Source: an uncultured Gammaproteobacteria bacterium
GTDB lineage: Bacteria; Patescibacteriota; Microgenomatia; Woykebacterales; RBG-16-39-9b
Assembly: GCA_964643435.1 (NCBI GenBank)
Contig: CAZXPY010000001.1
Span: 74,802-138,801, forward strand
DNA: 64,000 nt
Direction: 5' to 3'
Numbering within the stretch: the first letter of the stretch is position 1; every line of letters starts with the position of its first letter. Made by a program: the position numbers and the translations under genes. Under the pieces are notes generated by a model. The model searched no databases. It worked only from the letters and a program-made list of their open reading frames with translations, and was not told the origin of the DNA. Shown here in pieces: positions 30,031 through 40,036 of the stretch.

Positions 30031-30600
30031 ATGGATCAGACTCAAGAAAAACTTCTTGATGATTTAGAACGTTACGAAGAAAGGACTTGGCCAGAGGGTA
30101 CCCGGGCAAGTCGGGAGAACTTTGCTGCTAGGCTAAGAACTTTTTCCGAAGGCTTTTTGATTGAAAAAACTGGCGGTGAAATTGCTGGTGTCTGTACAGC
30201 TGAGATCATAAACTATGACCCAGATAAGCCCCCTCTTTCTTGGGAGGAGGTTACCGATAATGGGTCTATCAATACCCATGACCCTTCTGGCAACGCTCTT
30301 TACATCGTTTCTATTGGTGTAGACCCTAAGTACCAGGGTAAGGGTGTTGGATCTTCACTACTTAATAGGCAAAAGGAATTAGCGCGTTCTTTGGGTTTGC
30401 AATACGTAGTTTTAGGTAGCCGTGTGCCTTTTTACCACCAGCACAAAGAAGTACCGGTTGAAGATTACGTTGAAACTGACCCTGAAATTCGATTTTATCG
30501 AAAAAATTCCTTCGAAATGGTGAAAATTGTGCCAAACTATATGGAGTATGATAAGGAAAGTCTAAACTACGGGGTGGTTATGCACTGCAAAGTTTCATAA
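30031..30600 (+). CDS. GNAT-family N-acetyltransferase (YkwB-like)
   Basis: HDPSGNALYIVSIGVDPKYQGKGVG acetyl-CoA motif; GSRVP; FY.KN.F. Confidence 0.85.
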   Translation: MDQTQEKLLDDLERYEERTWPEGTRASRENFAARLRTFSEGFLIEKTGGEIAGVCTAEIINYDPDKPPLSWEEVTDNGSINTHDPSGNALYIVSIGVDPKYQGKGVGSSLLNRQKELARSLGLQYVVLGSRVPFYHQHKEVPVEDYVETDPEIRFYRKNSFEMVKIVPNYMEYDKESLNYGVVMHCKVS

Positions 30601-30620
30601 TCGCCCCTTCTTATTTTATA

Positions 30621-31322
30621 ATGATTAAAATGAAACTAAATATACCAGATAAGAAGACAAGAGAAACAATAAATAAGAACCATCTTAAAAACAACGTAAC
30701 AATAGTTGATCCTTTGACAAGCTATATTTCCGCCGAAGTTAAAATTAAAGCTGGTACAACAATTTACCCTAATACGTTTATCTTAGGGAAAAGTGAAATT
30801 GGCCAAAATTGCGATATTGGCCCAAATAGTTTAATTACCGATTCAAAAATAGGATTGGGTTCTAAAATAATTTATTCAGTAATAGAAGAATCGGAGGTTT
30901 CTTTTGGTGTTTCTGTTGGACCATTTTCGCATTTGCGACCAAAAACTTTTGTTGAAAGTAAAGTTCGAATCGGTAATTTTGCAGAAATTAAAAATTCTAA
31001 GATTGGAGAGGGTTCAGAAATTGGTCACCACTGTTATATTGGAGATACAACTTTAGGTAGAGGAGTAAATATTGGTGCAGGAACAATTACGGCCAATTTT
31101 GATGGGGTGAAAAAATACGAAACTAAAATAGCCGATAAAGTTTTTCTTGGATCCAACACTGTTCTGGTTGCGCCAGTTAATATTGGTGAAGAGGCAAAAA
31201 CCGGAGCAGGCGCAGTCGTAATAAACGATCTTCCTCCTAACAGCCTTTCTGTTGGAGTACCAGCAAAAGTTATAAAAATAAAGGGTAAGCGGGTTAAAAC
31301 AAGTGAAAATCTTGATCTTTAA
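30621..31322 (+). CDS. Stand-alone GlmU C-terminal domain (glucosamine-1-phosphate N-acetyltransferase); likely start 30630
   Basis: Begins at the GlmU linker (INKNHLKNNVTIVDP..SYI); VGPFSHLRP, IGNFAEIKNS, H..YIGD, NIGAGTITANFDG, LVAPV.IG; no nucleotidyltransferase domain. Confidence 0.88.
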   Translation: MIKMKLNIPDKKTRETINKNHLKNNVTIVDPLTSYISAEVKIKAGTTIYPNTFILGKSEIGQNCDIGPNSLITDSKIGLGSKIIYSVIEESEVSFGVSVGPFSHLRPKTFVESKVRIGNFAEIKNSKIGEGSEIGHHCYIGDTTLGRGVNIGAGTITANFDGVKKYETKIADKVFLGSNTVLVAPVNIGEEAKTGAGAVVINDLPPNSLSVGVPAKVIKIKGKRVKTSENLDL

Positions 31323-32403
31323 TTGGCGGGATATTAAAAACCCCAAATCTGGAGGCGCCGAACTCGTCACCCACGAAATTTCTAAGAGATGGGTAAACCG
31401 CGGGCACGAAGTTACTCTTTTTACATCTTCTTTCCCTCTCTCAAAAAAAGAAGAAATTATTGACAAAGTAAAAATTATCCGTAGCGGCCAGCAATGGAGC
31501 GTCCATTGGAAAGCCTATCTTCATTATAAAAAATATTTTAAGGGAAAGTTTGACATCGTAATTGACGAGATAAATACAATTCCCTTTTTTACTCCTCTTT
31601 ACGTTAAAGAGAAAAAAATAGCCTATTTTAATCAACTTGCCCGGGAAATTTGGTTTTATGAAAGTTTTTTCCCTGTTTTTCTGTTAGGTTATCTACTAGA
31701 ACCTCTTTATTTAAGATTTTACCGGAATATTCCGACAATGGTAATATCCGCTTCTACGAAAAGGGACTTAGTGTCAATGGGTTTTAAAAATGTGGAAGTT
31801 TTTCCTATGGCAGTTGACTTTGAAAAAACCCAGAAATTCTTAGAGGAAAAGGAAAAAAATTTAACAATTATTTATGTTGGGAGGTTAGTTTCTTCCAAAA
31901 AAGTGGTTGATATAATTGGGGCTTTTCGGATAATTGCCAAAAAGGCAAAAGATTCTAAACTTTGGATTGTTGGTTCAGGAAATAAGAAATATGAAGAAAA
32001 GCTAAAAAAATTAGTTGAAAAGTACTCTTTAAAAGATTCAGTGAGGTTTTTTGGCTACGTAACCCAAGAGGAAAAATATAAGTTAATGAGTAAAGCTACA
32101 GTTATTGCAGTTACATCCATAAGAGAAGGTTGGGGGTTAATTGTCACTGAAGCAAATTCACTTATGACCCCGGCGGTTGTTTATAACAGCCCAGGCTTAC
32201 GCGACGCTGTTATACATAACGAAACTGGTTTAATCTGCGAAGATAACAACCCGGACGATTTAGCTAAGAATATTCTTAGTCTTTTGAATAGAGATATTTA
32301 TAGTCGGTTACAAAAAAATGCCTATACTGACAGTAAAAATAAAACTTGGGAAAAAACTGCCAAAACTTCTTTACAAATATTAAAAAAAATTTATTATGGA
32401 TAA
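31303..32403 (+). CDS. GT4 glycosyltransferase
   Basis: NWRDI.NP.SGGAE, YVGRL...K, S.REGWGLIVTEA. Confidence 0.9.
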   Translation: MKILIFNWRDIKNPKSGGAELVTHEISKRWVNRGHEVTLFTSSFPLSKKEEIIDKVKIIRSGQQWSVHWKAYLHYKKYFKGKFDIVIDEINTIPFFTPLYVKEKKIAYFNQLAREIWFYESFFPVFLLGYLLEPLYLRFYRNIPTMVISASTKRDLVSMGFKNVEVFPMAVDFEKTQKFLEEKEKNLTIIYVGRLVSSKKVVDIIGAFRIIAKKAKDSKLWIVGSGNKKYEEKLKKLVEKYSLKDSVRFFGYVTQEEKYKLMSKATVIAVTSIREGWGLIVTEANSLMTPAVVYNSPGLRDAVIHNETGLICEDNNPDDLAKNILSLLNRDIYSRLQKNAYTDSKNKTWEKTAKTSLQILKKIYYG

Positions 32404-33211
32404 GTTTTTAGTTTCCTGTATTGTAAACACGAGAAATGAAGAAAAATTGATTCAGAACTGTTTAGATTCTATTAAGGACCAAACTTACGAAGGTACCGAA
32501 ATAATTGTTGTTGATAATAATTCAACCGATAATACAAAACAAATCTCTAAAAGATATACCGATAAAGTACTTAATTTTGGACCAGAACGGAGCTCCCAAA
32601 AAAATTTTGGTGCAAAAAAAGCAAGTGGAGAATATCTATTATTCGTAGACGCCGATATGGAATTGAATAAAAATGTAATTAGAGAATGTATCCAACTGAT
32701 CAAAGAAGATTCTAGTATGAAAGCGATAATTATTCCCGAAGAATCCTTCGGCGAAGGGTTTTGGGCAGAAGTACGAGCGTTGGAAAAAAAATGCTACCTC
32801 GAAGATCCTTATATTGAAGCGGCAAGATTTTTTTTAAGAGAAGTATTTCTAAAAACGGGGGGTTATGATGAGGGATTAATCGCTGGAGAAGATTGGGATT
32901 TAACTAATCGGTTGAAGGGAAAGATTAAAATTGGGAGAATCAAGAGCTTTTTAAGGCATAATGAAGGGAAGCTTTCTTTATTTGGTGCAGTAAGAAAAAA
33001 ATTTTATTACAGTAAGCATATTAAGAAATTTATAGATAAAAATAAGAATTTTTCTCAACTTACCCCTTTTCGAATTGCGTTTCTGCGTAATTGGCGTCTA
33101 CTTATTGGAAATCCAATCCTTTCTTTAGGTTTGGTAATACTCAAAACTTGTGAATTTAGTGCCGGTTTGGTAGGATTGTTGTTAAGCCCTTCCAAGAAAG
33201 GGCAATTTTAA
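32396..33211 (+). CDS. GT2 glycosyltransferase
   Basis: VVDNNSTD, GPERS.QKNFG, FVDADM, GGYDE...GEDWDL. Confidence 0.9.
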   Translation: MDKFLVSCIVNTRNEEKLIQNCLDSIKDQTYEGTEIIVVDNNSTDNTKQISKRYTDKVLNFGPERSSQKNFGAKKASGEYLLFVDADMELNKNVIRECIQLIKEDSSMKAIIIPEESFGEGFWAEVRALEKKCYLEDPYIEAARFFLREVFLKTGGYDEGLIAGEDWDLTNRLKGKIKIGRIKSFLRHNEGKLSLFGAVRKKFYYSKHIKKFIDKNKNFSQLTPFRIAFLRNWRLLIGNPILSLGLVILKTCEFSAGLVGLLLSPSKKGQF

Positions 33212-33249
33212 AGGGAAAAAATGAGATTTTCATCTCTTTTATAAATAAA

Positions 33250-34452
33250 ATGAAAAAACCAAAATATCAAATTGGAGTTGGTGGTACTTTTATTGGAGCT
33301 AGTGCTAGAAGATACGTTAACGATGTATTAACAAGTAATCGGCTTTCTTACGGAAAATATACTCAGAAACTGGAGGAAAAATTTGCCCGGCTGCATAACC
33401 GAAAGTTTGCTATTTTTTGTAATTCCGGCACCAGTGCTCTTCAAGTAGCCGTACACGCTCTGAAAGAATACTATGGCTGGAAGAGTGGCGATGAAGTTTT
33501 AGTTCCGGCAATTACATTTATCGCTACTAGTAACGTTGTACTTGCCAATAATTTGAAGCCAGTTTTTGTTGATGTTGAGAAAGATTATTATGAAATTGAT
33601 CCCACAAAAATAGAAGAAAAAATAACGAGTAAAACTCGGGCAATTATGCCTGTTCATCTTTTTGGTCAACCTTGCGATATGGAGCCCATTTTAAAAATAG
33701 CCGAAAAACACAATTTGAAGGTGATTGAAGATTCTTGTGAGACAATGTTTGTAAAATATAAGGGTGAGCCGACTGGGTCTTGGGGTGATATAGCTTGTTT
33801 CTCGACTTACGTTGCCCATCTTTTAGTTACCGGAGTTGGCGGTTTCGCTTTAACTAACGATCCTGATTTAGCCGTTTTGCTTAAAAGTCTTTTTAACCAC
33901 GGTCGAGATAATATTTATCTTTCAATAGATGATGATAAAACTTCTGATCCAAAGAAGCTTTTCAAAATTGCCAATCGCCGTTTCAACTTTATCCATATTG
34001 GTTACAGTTACCGAGCGACTGAGATGGAAGCAGCCCTTGGATTAGTAGGGTTGGAACAAAAGAACATAATGTTAAAAAAACGTCAGGAAAATGCAAGATA
34101 TTTAACAATTCACCTAAAAAAATTTGAAAATGATCTTCAGCTACCAAAAATCCGTTCCCGAACCGAGCATGCTTTTATGATGTACCCAATTGTTATTAGG
34201 AAGAACTCAAAAATAAAGAGAGATGATTTAATTTACTTTTTGGAGAAGGAACGTATAGAAACACGCTATTTAATGCCACTTCTCTCCCAACCAATTTACA
34301 AAAAACTTTTTGGTAATATTGAAAAAGATTACCCCGTGGCAAAATGGATTGATAGTAATGGTTTTTATATTGGTTGTCATCAAGAACTAAAAAAAAGCGA
34401 CCTTGATTATGTTGTCTACACATTCGAAAAATTTTTTGAAAAAAAAGGCTAA
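33250..34452 (+). CDS. DegT/DnrJ-fold PLP/PMP enzyme with His at the catalytic Lys position (ColD/E1-like 3-dehydratase candidate)
   Basis: NSGTSAL, PVHLFG, IEDSCE and FSTYVAHLLVTGVGG (H where aminotransferases have K). Confidence 0.78.
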   Translation: MKKPKYQIGVGGTFIGASARRYVNDVLTSNRLSYGKYTQKLEEKFARLHNRKFAIFCNSGTSALQVAVHALKEYYGWKSGDEVLVPAITFIATSNVVLANNLKPVFVDVEKDYYEIDPTKIEEKITSKTRAIMPVHLFGQPCDMEPILKIAEKHNLKVIEDSCETMFVKYKGEPTGSWGDIACFSTYVAHLLVTGVGGFALTNDPDLAVLLKSLFNHGRDNIYLSIDDDKTSDPKKLFKIANRRFNFIHIGYSYRATEMEAALGLVGLEQKNIMLKKRQENARYLTIHLKKFENDLQLPKIRSRTEHAFMMYPIVIRKNSKIKRDDLIYFLEKERIETRYLMPLLSQPIYKKLFGNIEKDYPVAKWIDSNGFYIGCHQELKKSDLDYVVYTFEKFFEKKG

Positions 34453-35626
34453 TTTAAAAATTGGAATAATGGTTGATGCTCTGCATCTTGGTGGGGTTGA
34501 GAAAGTTGCAGCGAGAGAGGTAAAAGAACTTTTAAAAAAGGGGATTGATGCGAAGTTTATAGTTTTAAGAAAAGATTTTGGAGAAGCAAAAGAATTTAAA
34601 AAAATTTTGCGGGATGTACCAACGATTTACTTAGACCAAAGATTACCAGCAATTGCCCGTTTCTCCTTTGTTTTTCCGCCCTTTTCTTATTTTTCGCTTT
34701 TTCATATAACCTATCCCTTTCTAATTCCCCTTGTTGTAAAAAGCGATGAGTTTGATTGTCTTATAAGTCATGCCACTTATACAACTTTTACCGCTTTTGG
34801 AATAAGTAAATCCAAAGGGATTTCTTATATCCCAATTATTTGGGATCCAATTTCGTACATTTTGGGTAAAGTCTATAGACATACAATTTTAAAACACTTT
34901 TTCCCAATTTTATTACCTCTTGGAAGATTTTTAGATTCTTTTTTAGTCAAGAATTCTTTGGCAACACTTACAACTTGTTCGGAACATAAATCAACTCTTG
35001 AGAGACTTTCTAAAAGAAAAGTTAATATTTTTACGCCCGGATGCGACCCACTGACGAGAGTTCCATTAAAAAGAGAAAATTTTATCCTTTCAGTTACAAA
35101 GTGGACTACTGGTAAGAAAGCTGAATTTTTGTTTGAACTGCTTTCGAAAATGCCTAAAGAAGTAAAACTAGTTTTAGCTGGCGCTTGGAATAAAAAATAC
35201 TTAGCTGAGATTAAAAAATTAATTGAAAAAACCAATTTTCAGAAAAGAGTTTTAATTACTGGTAGTATTAGTGAAAGTAAGCTACGGGGGCTTTACCAAA
35301 AAGCAAAAGTTTTGGTTTTAGCAAATTTTGAAGCCTTTGGTATGGGGGGTCTAGAAGCATCTGCTTATGGCTGTCCGATTATAATTCCAAAAGGATCAGG
35401 GGTCACGCAAATTTTTATTGATGGGAAAAGTGGCATTTTTCCAAAGGAAGGGGATAAGGAAGGCTATTTAAAGGCGTTAAAAAGAGTTTACAATGATGAA
35501 AATTTGGCAGTAAGTTTAGGAAAAAACGCTTGGAAAATAGCTAAGGAAAAAAGCTGGAACAATCACGCGCAGTTTCTAATTAATTTTGTCTCAGCCGAGC
35601 TAAATAAGAAATTCCATGAAGCCTAA
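34403..35626 (+). CDS. GT4 glycosyltransferase (true start probably slightly downstream)
   Basis: GGVEK; EAFGMGGLEASAYGCP (EX7E). Confidence 0.87.
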   Translation: MIMLSTHSKNFLKKKANLKIGIMVDALHLGGVEKVAAREVKELLKKGIDAKFIVLRKDFGEAKEFKKILRDVPTIYLDQRLPAIARFSFVFPPFSYFSLFHITYPFLIPLVVKSDEFDCLISHATYTTFTAFGISKSKGISYIPIIWDPISYILGKVYRHTILKHFFPILLPLGRFLDSFLVKNSLATLTTCSEHKSTLERLSKRKVNIFTPGCDPLTRVPLKRENFILSVTKWTTGKKAEFLFELLSKMPKEVKLVLAGAWNKKYLAEIKKLIEKTNFQKRVLITGSISESKLRGLYQKAKVLVLANFEAFGMGGLEASAYGCPIIIPKGSGVTQIFIDGKSGIFPKEGDKEGYLKALKRVYNDENLAVSLGKNAWKIAKEKSWNNHAQFLINFVSAELNKKFHEA

Positions 35627-36797
35627 AAATTGGAGAGTTATCCATATACTTTTTAACGGAATTATTTCAGAGGATTCAATTAGTGGAGGAGATCAGTTAA
35701 TCTTAGATTTAGTCAAAAATATTCCTTCACAAATCGAACTTGTAGTAATACTCCCAGAAAAAGCCAGAAAATATTGGGACCAGTTAAAATTAAAAAATAC
35801 TAAAGTTTATTCGCTAAGGAACTGGTTTTTTGATCGATCTCAAAACCCCCTTTTTGTTTTCCTCACTTATCTAAGAAGAGCGATTATATCATATTTAATT
35901 TTAAAGAAAGAAAAAAATATTCAAATAATTTATAGTTGCTCAGACGTTGTCTTAGCAGATATTTTGCCGGCATTTTTTATTAAGTTGGGTAGAAAAGACG
36001 TAATTTGGCTATCCCGAAATTACCATTTAATTTTGCCGCCTGCAAAAAGACAAGGGAATCTATTGGTTAATATAATATCTTTCCTAGGACAAAAAATTAA
36101 CTTTTGGATGATGAAGGAAAAATCTGATAAGATTTTAGCTTTAAACAATGCTTTAAAGAAACAGCTTATTAAACATAGATTTCCGAAAGAAAAACTCTCG
36201 GTTTTAGGTGCGGGTGTAGATACCCAAGTGATTAAGAAACATAAAATAAGAAAAAAGTATGATTACGAAGCAGTAGTCTTAGGGAGAATCCACCCTGCGA
36301 AGGGGATTTATGACTTAGTTAGAATTTGGGCTTTGGTGGTTAAAACGTCACCTGAGTATAAACTGGCAGTTGTTGGTAGTGGCGCCGTCCAACACGTGGT
36401 AGAACTAAGAAGAAGAATACGTGAATCTAAATTAGAAAAAAATATTGATTTATTAGGTTTTATACCAAAAGAAGATGTATATGATATTCTAAAAAGTGCT
36501 CAAGTTTTTCTTTGTCCTGACCATGAGAATGGTTGGGGGTTAGCTGTTTGTGAAGCCATGGCGTCTGGTTTACCAGTAGTTTCTTATAACATCGATATAT
36601 TTGGAAGCGTTTACCAAAAGGGTTTTATCTCTGTTCCATTATTCGATACTAAATTATTTGCTGAAAAAATAATTTTTTTGCTTGAAAATAAAGATGAAAG
36701 ACTACGAATCTCTCAAGATGCAAGAGCACAGTCAGAACAGTATGAAAATAAAAAAGTAGCGGCTACATTCTTAAATTTACTTAAAGAATATGATTAA
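35616..36797 (+). CDS. GT4 glycosyltransferase
   Basis: SGGDQ, GRIHPAKG, ENGWGLAVCEAMASGLP. Confidence 0.87.
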   Translation: MKPKNWRVIHILFNGIISEDSISGGDQLILDLVKNIPSQIELVVILPEKARKYWDQLKLKNTKVYSLRNWFFDRSQNPLFVFLTYLRRAIISYLILKKEKNIQIIYSCSDVVLADILPAFFIKLGRKDVIWLSRNYHLILPPAKRQGNLLVNIISFLGQKINFWMMKEKSDKILALNNALKKQLIKHRFPKEKLSVLGAGVDTQVIKKHKIRKKYDYEAVVLGRIHPAKGIYDLVRIWALVVKTSPEYKLAVVGSGAVQHVVELRRRIRESKLEKNIDLLGFIPKEDVYDILKSAQVFLCPDHENGWGLAVCEAMASGLPVVSYNIDIFGSVYQKGFISVPLFDTKLFAEKIIFLLENKDERLRISQDARAQSEQYENKKVAATFLNLLKEYD

Positions 36798-37929
36798 GCA
36801 AAAGAATCTGAGAATAGCAATTGTCGCCGATGTCATTAACGAACATTCCGGCGCCAGGGCACCTATCAGGTTAGCAACTTTTCTGAATAAAGAAAGTGCG
36901 GATATCACTTTTTTTGCTAGCAGCCACTTACTAGATTTAAATTTAAAAGAGGAGCTTCAAAAGAAGGGAATAAAAGTTTTTGTTTTGCCTTCAAGTAGAA
37001 TTCCTTTTTTGGGGCGTTTCTTTGGCGCCCTTAAACTATTCTTATATTTGAAAGAGGGGGATTTTGACATAATTTCGCTACAAAGTAGCTCATTATTATA
37101 TGCAATTATTAGGTTAACCGGCGTCCGAATTGTAAAAACCTATTACGGAACTCAATTAGATTTGGGTTTAAATATGAGAGATGGAATAATTAGCTTAATT
37201 CCGTCTTGGATTTTAAAATTTGTAATAATCCTAAGAGAAAAGTTGTTTTTTTTAATCTCTAACAAAGTTATCGCTATAAGTAAATATTTAGTAACTGAAG
37301 CCAAACAAATATATAATAAAAATATAGAATACGTTTACTTAGGGGTTGATCTGTTCAAAGTGGCTGAAGTAGCAGAAAATAAGAATAATAAAAAAATCAT
37401 TTGTTTGTCGGTAAGTAGAATAGTACCGTATAAAGGGTTCCACTTTCTTATAAAGGCTTTTTTGACTGTGAATAAGAAAGTACCCGATTTAAGACTTTAT
37501 ATAGTTGGTACCGCACCGTTTCCAAAGTATTTGTCTTTCTTAGATAAAATCAAAAATGAAAATGTAAAAATCTTATTGGACGTTGGTGACGAGCACTTAG
37601 GAAGTTTATACAAAAGTTGTGATATCTACGCTACTTTTGATCAATGGGTTCCTTGGAGTTTAGCTCCACTGGAGGCTAGCCTTTATTCAAAACCTCTGGT
37701 TGGTATAAAAGCCGGAGCAATGGGAGAAATAATAACTCATAATAAAAACGGGCTTTTGGCCAGCAATTTGGACGAATTTACTGATTATCTTTATAAACTC
37801 TCTACCGAAAAGAAATTAAGAGAACGTTTAGGGAAAGAAGCAAAAAGGTTAGCCGAAAAATTTTCTTGGAAAAGAACGGCGCAAGAGTATTTGGAAGTTT
37901 TTAGGGGGGTTCTTGAAAAGAATAATTAG
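36790..37929 (+). CDS. GT4 glycosyltransferase
   Basis: SRIVPYKG; VPWSLAPLEA (first Glu of EX7E replaced); EII.HNKNG. Confidence 0.83.
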   Translation: MIKQKNLRIAIVADVINEHSGARAPIRLATFLNKESADITFFASSHLLDLNLKEELQKKGIKVFVLPSSRIPFLGRFFGALKLFLYLKEGDFDIISLQSSSLLYAIIRLTGVRIVKTYYGTQLDLGLNMRDGIISLIPSWILKFVIILREKLFFLISNKVIAISKYLVTEAKQIYNKNIEYVYLGVDLFKVAEVAENKNNKKIICLSVSRIVPYKGFHFLIKAFLTVNKKVPDLRLYIVGTAPFPKYLSFLDKIKNENVKILLDVGDEHLGSLYKSCDIYATFDQWVPWSLAPLEASLYSKPLVGIKAGAMGEIITHNKNGLLASNLDEFTDYLYKLSTEKKLRERLGKEAKRLAEKFSWKRTAQEYLEVFRGVLEKNN

Positions 37930-40033
37930 TTTTTTTAAGAAATTTTACCAAGAAATTTTAATTATTTTATTTTTCCTAATTGTCGCGATTATCTATACCT
38001 ATCCTCTCTTTTTCAGATTAAATGAAGTTGTTTGGGGCTACGTAGGGGATAATTTTGGGGCTATTTGGTATGTTTGGTGGTTAAAGTATTCAAGTCTAAA
38101 AGGGTTGCCTTCTGATTTTACAAATCTTGTAAATTTTCCGTTTGGTCTAAAAATCGATGCTTCTTCAAATATTGAACCAATCTGGCAGCTTTTCTTACAG
38201 TACTTTGGCTTTCTCCTTGGAGAGATATTTACCTTTAATTTTCTAATTTTCTTAAGTTTCCCGCTTTCCGCAATAACAATGTACGCACTTATTCATTATT
38301 TAACAAAAGATAAATTGGCGGCTACTTTAGTTGCGATAGTTTATATGCTTTTGCCTTATCATTTCTGGCAAAGCTATCAACACGTCGCTCTTTCTCAGAT
38401 TCAATGGTTACCACTTTATGTTTTGGCACTTTTGAAACTAGATTCTAACCCCAATTTTCGAAATTCTCTTTTTGCCGCCGTAAGTTTTCTGCTTGTTGCC
38501 CTCTCTTCTGTCTATCATGGTTATTTTATGGTTCTTTTTACAATAAGTTTTGTTATTTTCAAAATTTTGTATAAACTTCTTACCGAAAGAAAAAATTATC
38601 TTAACTTCAATAGGCTAAAATATTTTAGTTTGACACTCATTTTTATAATTTTGGTAATTTCTCCCTTCGCATATAAATTTTATCAAACAAGATCAGTTAC
38701 TTCTTTAGGTGCTACCGAAGCCTATAAAAGACCAATCGAAAATTTATTAGGTCTCTCAGCACGACCGTGGGATTTTTTTATTCCGCCAAGCGACCACCCA
38801 TTCTTCGGTAAATATGAACATGGTCTCTACGCAAAAATTCGTACCTTTAGTAATGATTACAAAACAATTAGTGCTTTTTTGCCCGAGCGGATTATGTACG
38901 TCGGAATTCCAGCGTTTCTTCTAGCTTTAGTGGGAATTTATTTTTCTCTAAAAGGTAGACGCAAAGAACTAATTATAGTTTTGCTCGGGGTTAGTGCATT
39001 TTTAGCCGCCACTGCAGCCCCTCCGTTTGTTATTATTAAAGGTAAGACAATATATCTTCCTTCTTATTTTTTTTACCAGGTCCTACCAATAATTAGGGTT
39101 TACGCTCGTTTAGGGATTGTACTTGATCTTTTGATTTTACTTTTCGCCGGATTTGGCTTTAGTTTTTTGTTCTCTAAAATTAAGAATAAGATACTTTTAT
39201 TTGGGTCTTTTTGTTTGTTAATAGCTTTATTTCTCTTTGAGTTTGCTAATTTTCTTCAACCTAAAATTTCTGATATTAGTAAGATTCCAGAAACGTACGA
39301 ATGGTTAAAAGGGCAAAGAGGTTTAGTAAATATTATTGAATACCCAAGGACGTTTAATGTAGCCGCTAGTCTACTTTATCAAAGATATCACGAAAAGGGG
39401 ATTTTTAACCTCTCCGGAAGCTTTGCTAGCACTTCTCCTTATACCCCGCTTTGGGATATAATTGAAAACCCAACAAGTTCTGATACTGCTAAAGTTCTTT
39501 CTGCCTTGGGTTTAGATTATGCTTTGATTCACGTTAAGACTCCTTACAATATGTTGAATCCTTTTGACGAAATAGGATTGAGCCAAATAGTCGAAGAGGG
39601 TAGATGGATCCCTTTGCGTGGTAATGGAATTTCCGGTTTTGAACTTGCTTCGTCTTTTGATGATGGGTTTTTCGTGAAAATAACCGCCAATCCTGATAAA
39701 CTAATAATTTTTGAAGAAGAAAGTGTAAGATTCTTACCAAATAGTAGAGATTGGTTATGGAAAGATTCTCGCAATACCCTCTATTTCTTAAATATAAAAA
39801 AACAACCAATATTTATTAATTTAAAATTTGATTATTTTGGTTTTGAAAGAGAGAATCTTAAATCAGTATTTAGATATAAAGAAGACATGATTCAAAAAGA
39901 AATCGAATTAAAAAGTCTTGAAGGGCCTTTAAAAATTAATCAGGGTATAAGTTCTTTAAGATTTGAAATCAATGATATGGGGACTGAATTCGGTGTAAGA
40001 AATATATCTGTTTCTGAATTTAAAGCTAAGTAA
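37913..40033 (+). CDS. Large GT-C-fold/YfhO-like membrane protein
   Basis: GDNFG.IW..WW.K, PYHFWQ and MYVG motifs; many TM segments and a C-terminal soluble domain; resembles 47364-49175. Confidence 0.65.
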   Translation: MKRIISFFKKFYQEILIILFFLIVAIIYTYPLFFRLNEVVWGYVGDNFGAIWYVWWLKYSSLKGLPSDFTNLVNFPFGLKIDASSNIEPIWQLFLQYFGFLLGEIFTFNFLIFLSFPLSAITMYALIHYLTKDKLAATLVAIVYMLLPYHFWQSYQHVALSQIQWLPLYVLALLKLDSNPNFRNSLFAAVSFLLVALSSVYHGYFMVLFTISFVIFKILYKLLTERKNYLNFNRLKYFSLTLIFIILVISPFAYKFYQTRSVTSLGATEAYKRPIENLLGLSARPWDFFIPPSDHPFFGKYEHGLYAKIRTFSNDYKTISAFLPERIMYVGIPAFLLALVGIYFSLKGRRKELIIVLLGVSAFLAATAAPPFVIIKGKTIYLPSYFFYQVLPIIRVYARLGIVLDLLILLFAGFGFSFLFSKIKNKILLFGSFCLLIALFLFEFANFLQPKISDISKIPETYEWLKGQRGLVNIIEYPRTFNVAASLLYQRYHEKGIFNLSGSFASTSPYTPLWDIIENPTSSDTAKVLSALGLDYALIHVKTPYNMLNPFDEIGLSQIVEEGRWIPLRGNGISGFELASSFDDGFFVKITANPDKLIIFEEESVRFLPNSRDWLWKDSRNTLYFLNIKKQPIFINLKFDYFGFERENLKSVFRYKEDMIQKEIELKSLEGPLKINQGISSLRFEINDMGTEFGVRNISVSEFKAK

Positions 40034-40036
40034 AAA

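Noticed and set aside
30621-31322. Treating the short glmU as a pseudogene
   Set aside because: The ORF starts cleanly at the domain boundary, has its own -10 box, retains the acetyltransferase motifs, and no decayed 5' half is visible.
33212-33245. GAGAT/ATCTC hairpin followed by T residues as a terminator
   Set aside because: The stem is only about 5 bp and AT-rich, which is too weak to call.
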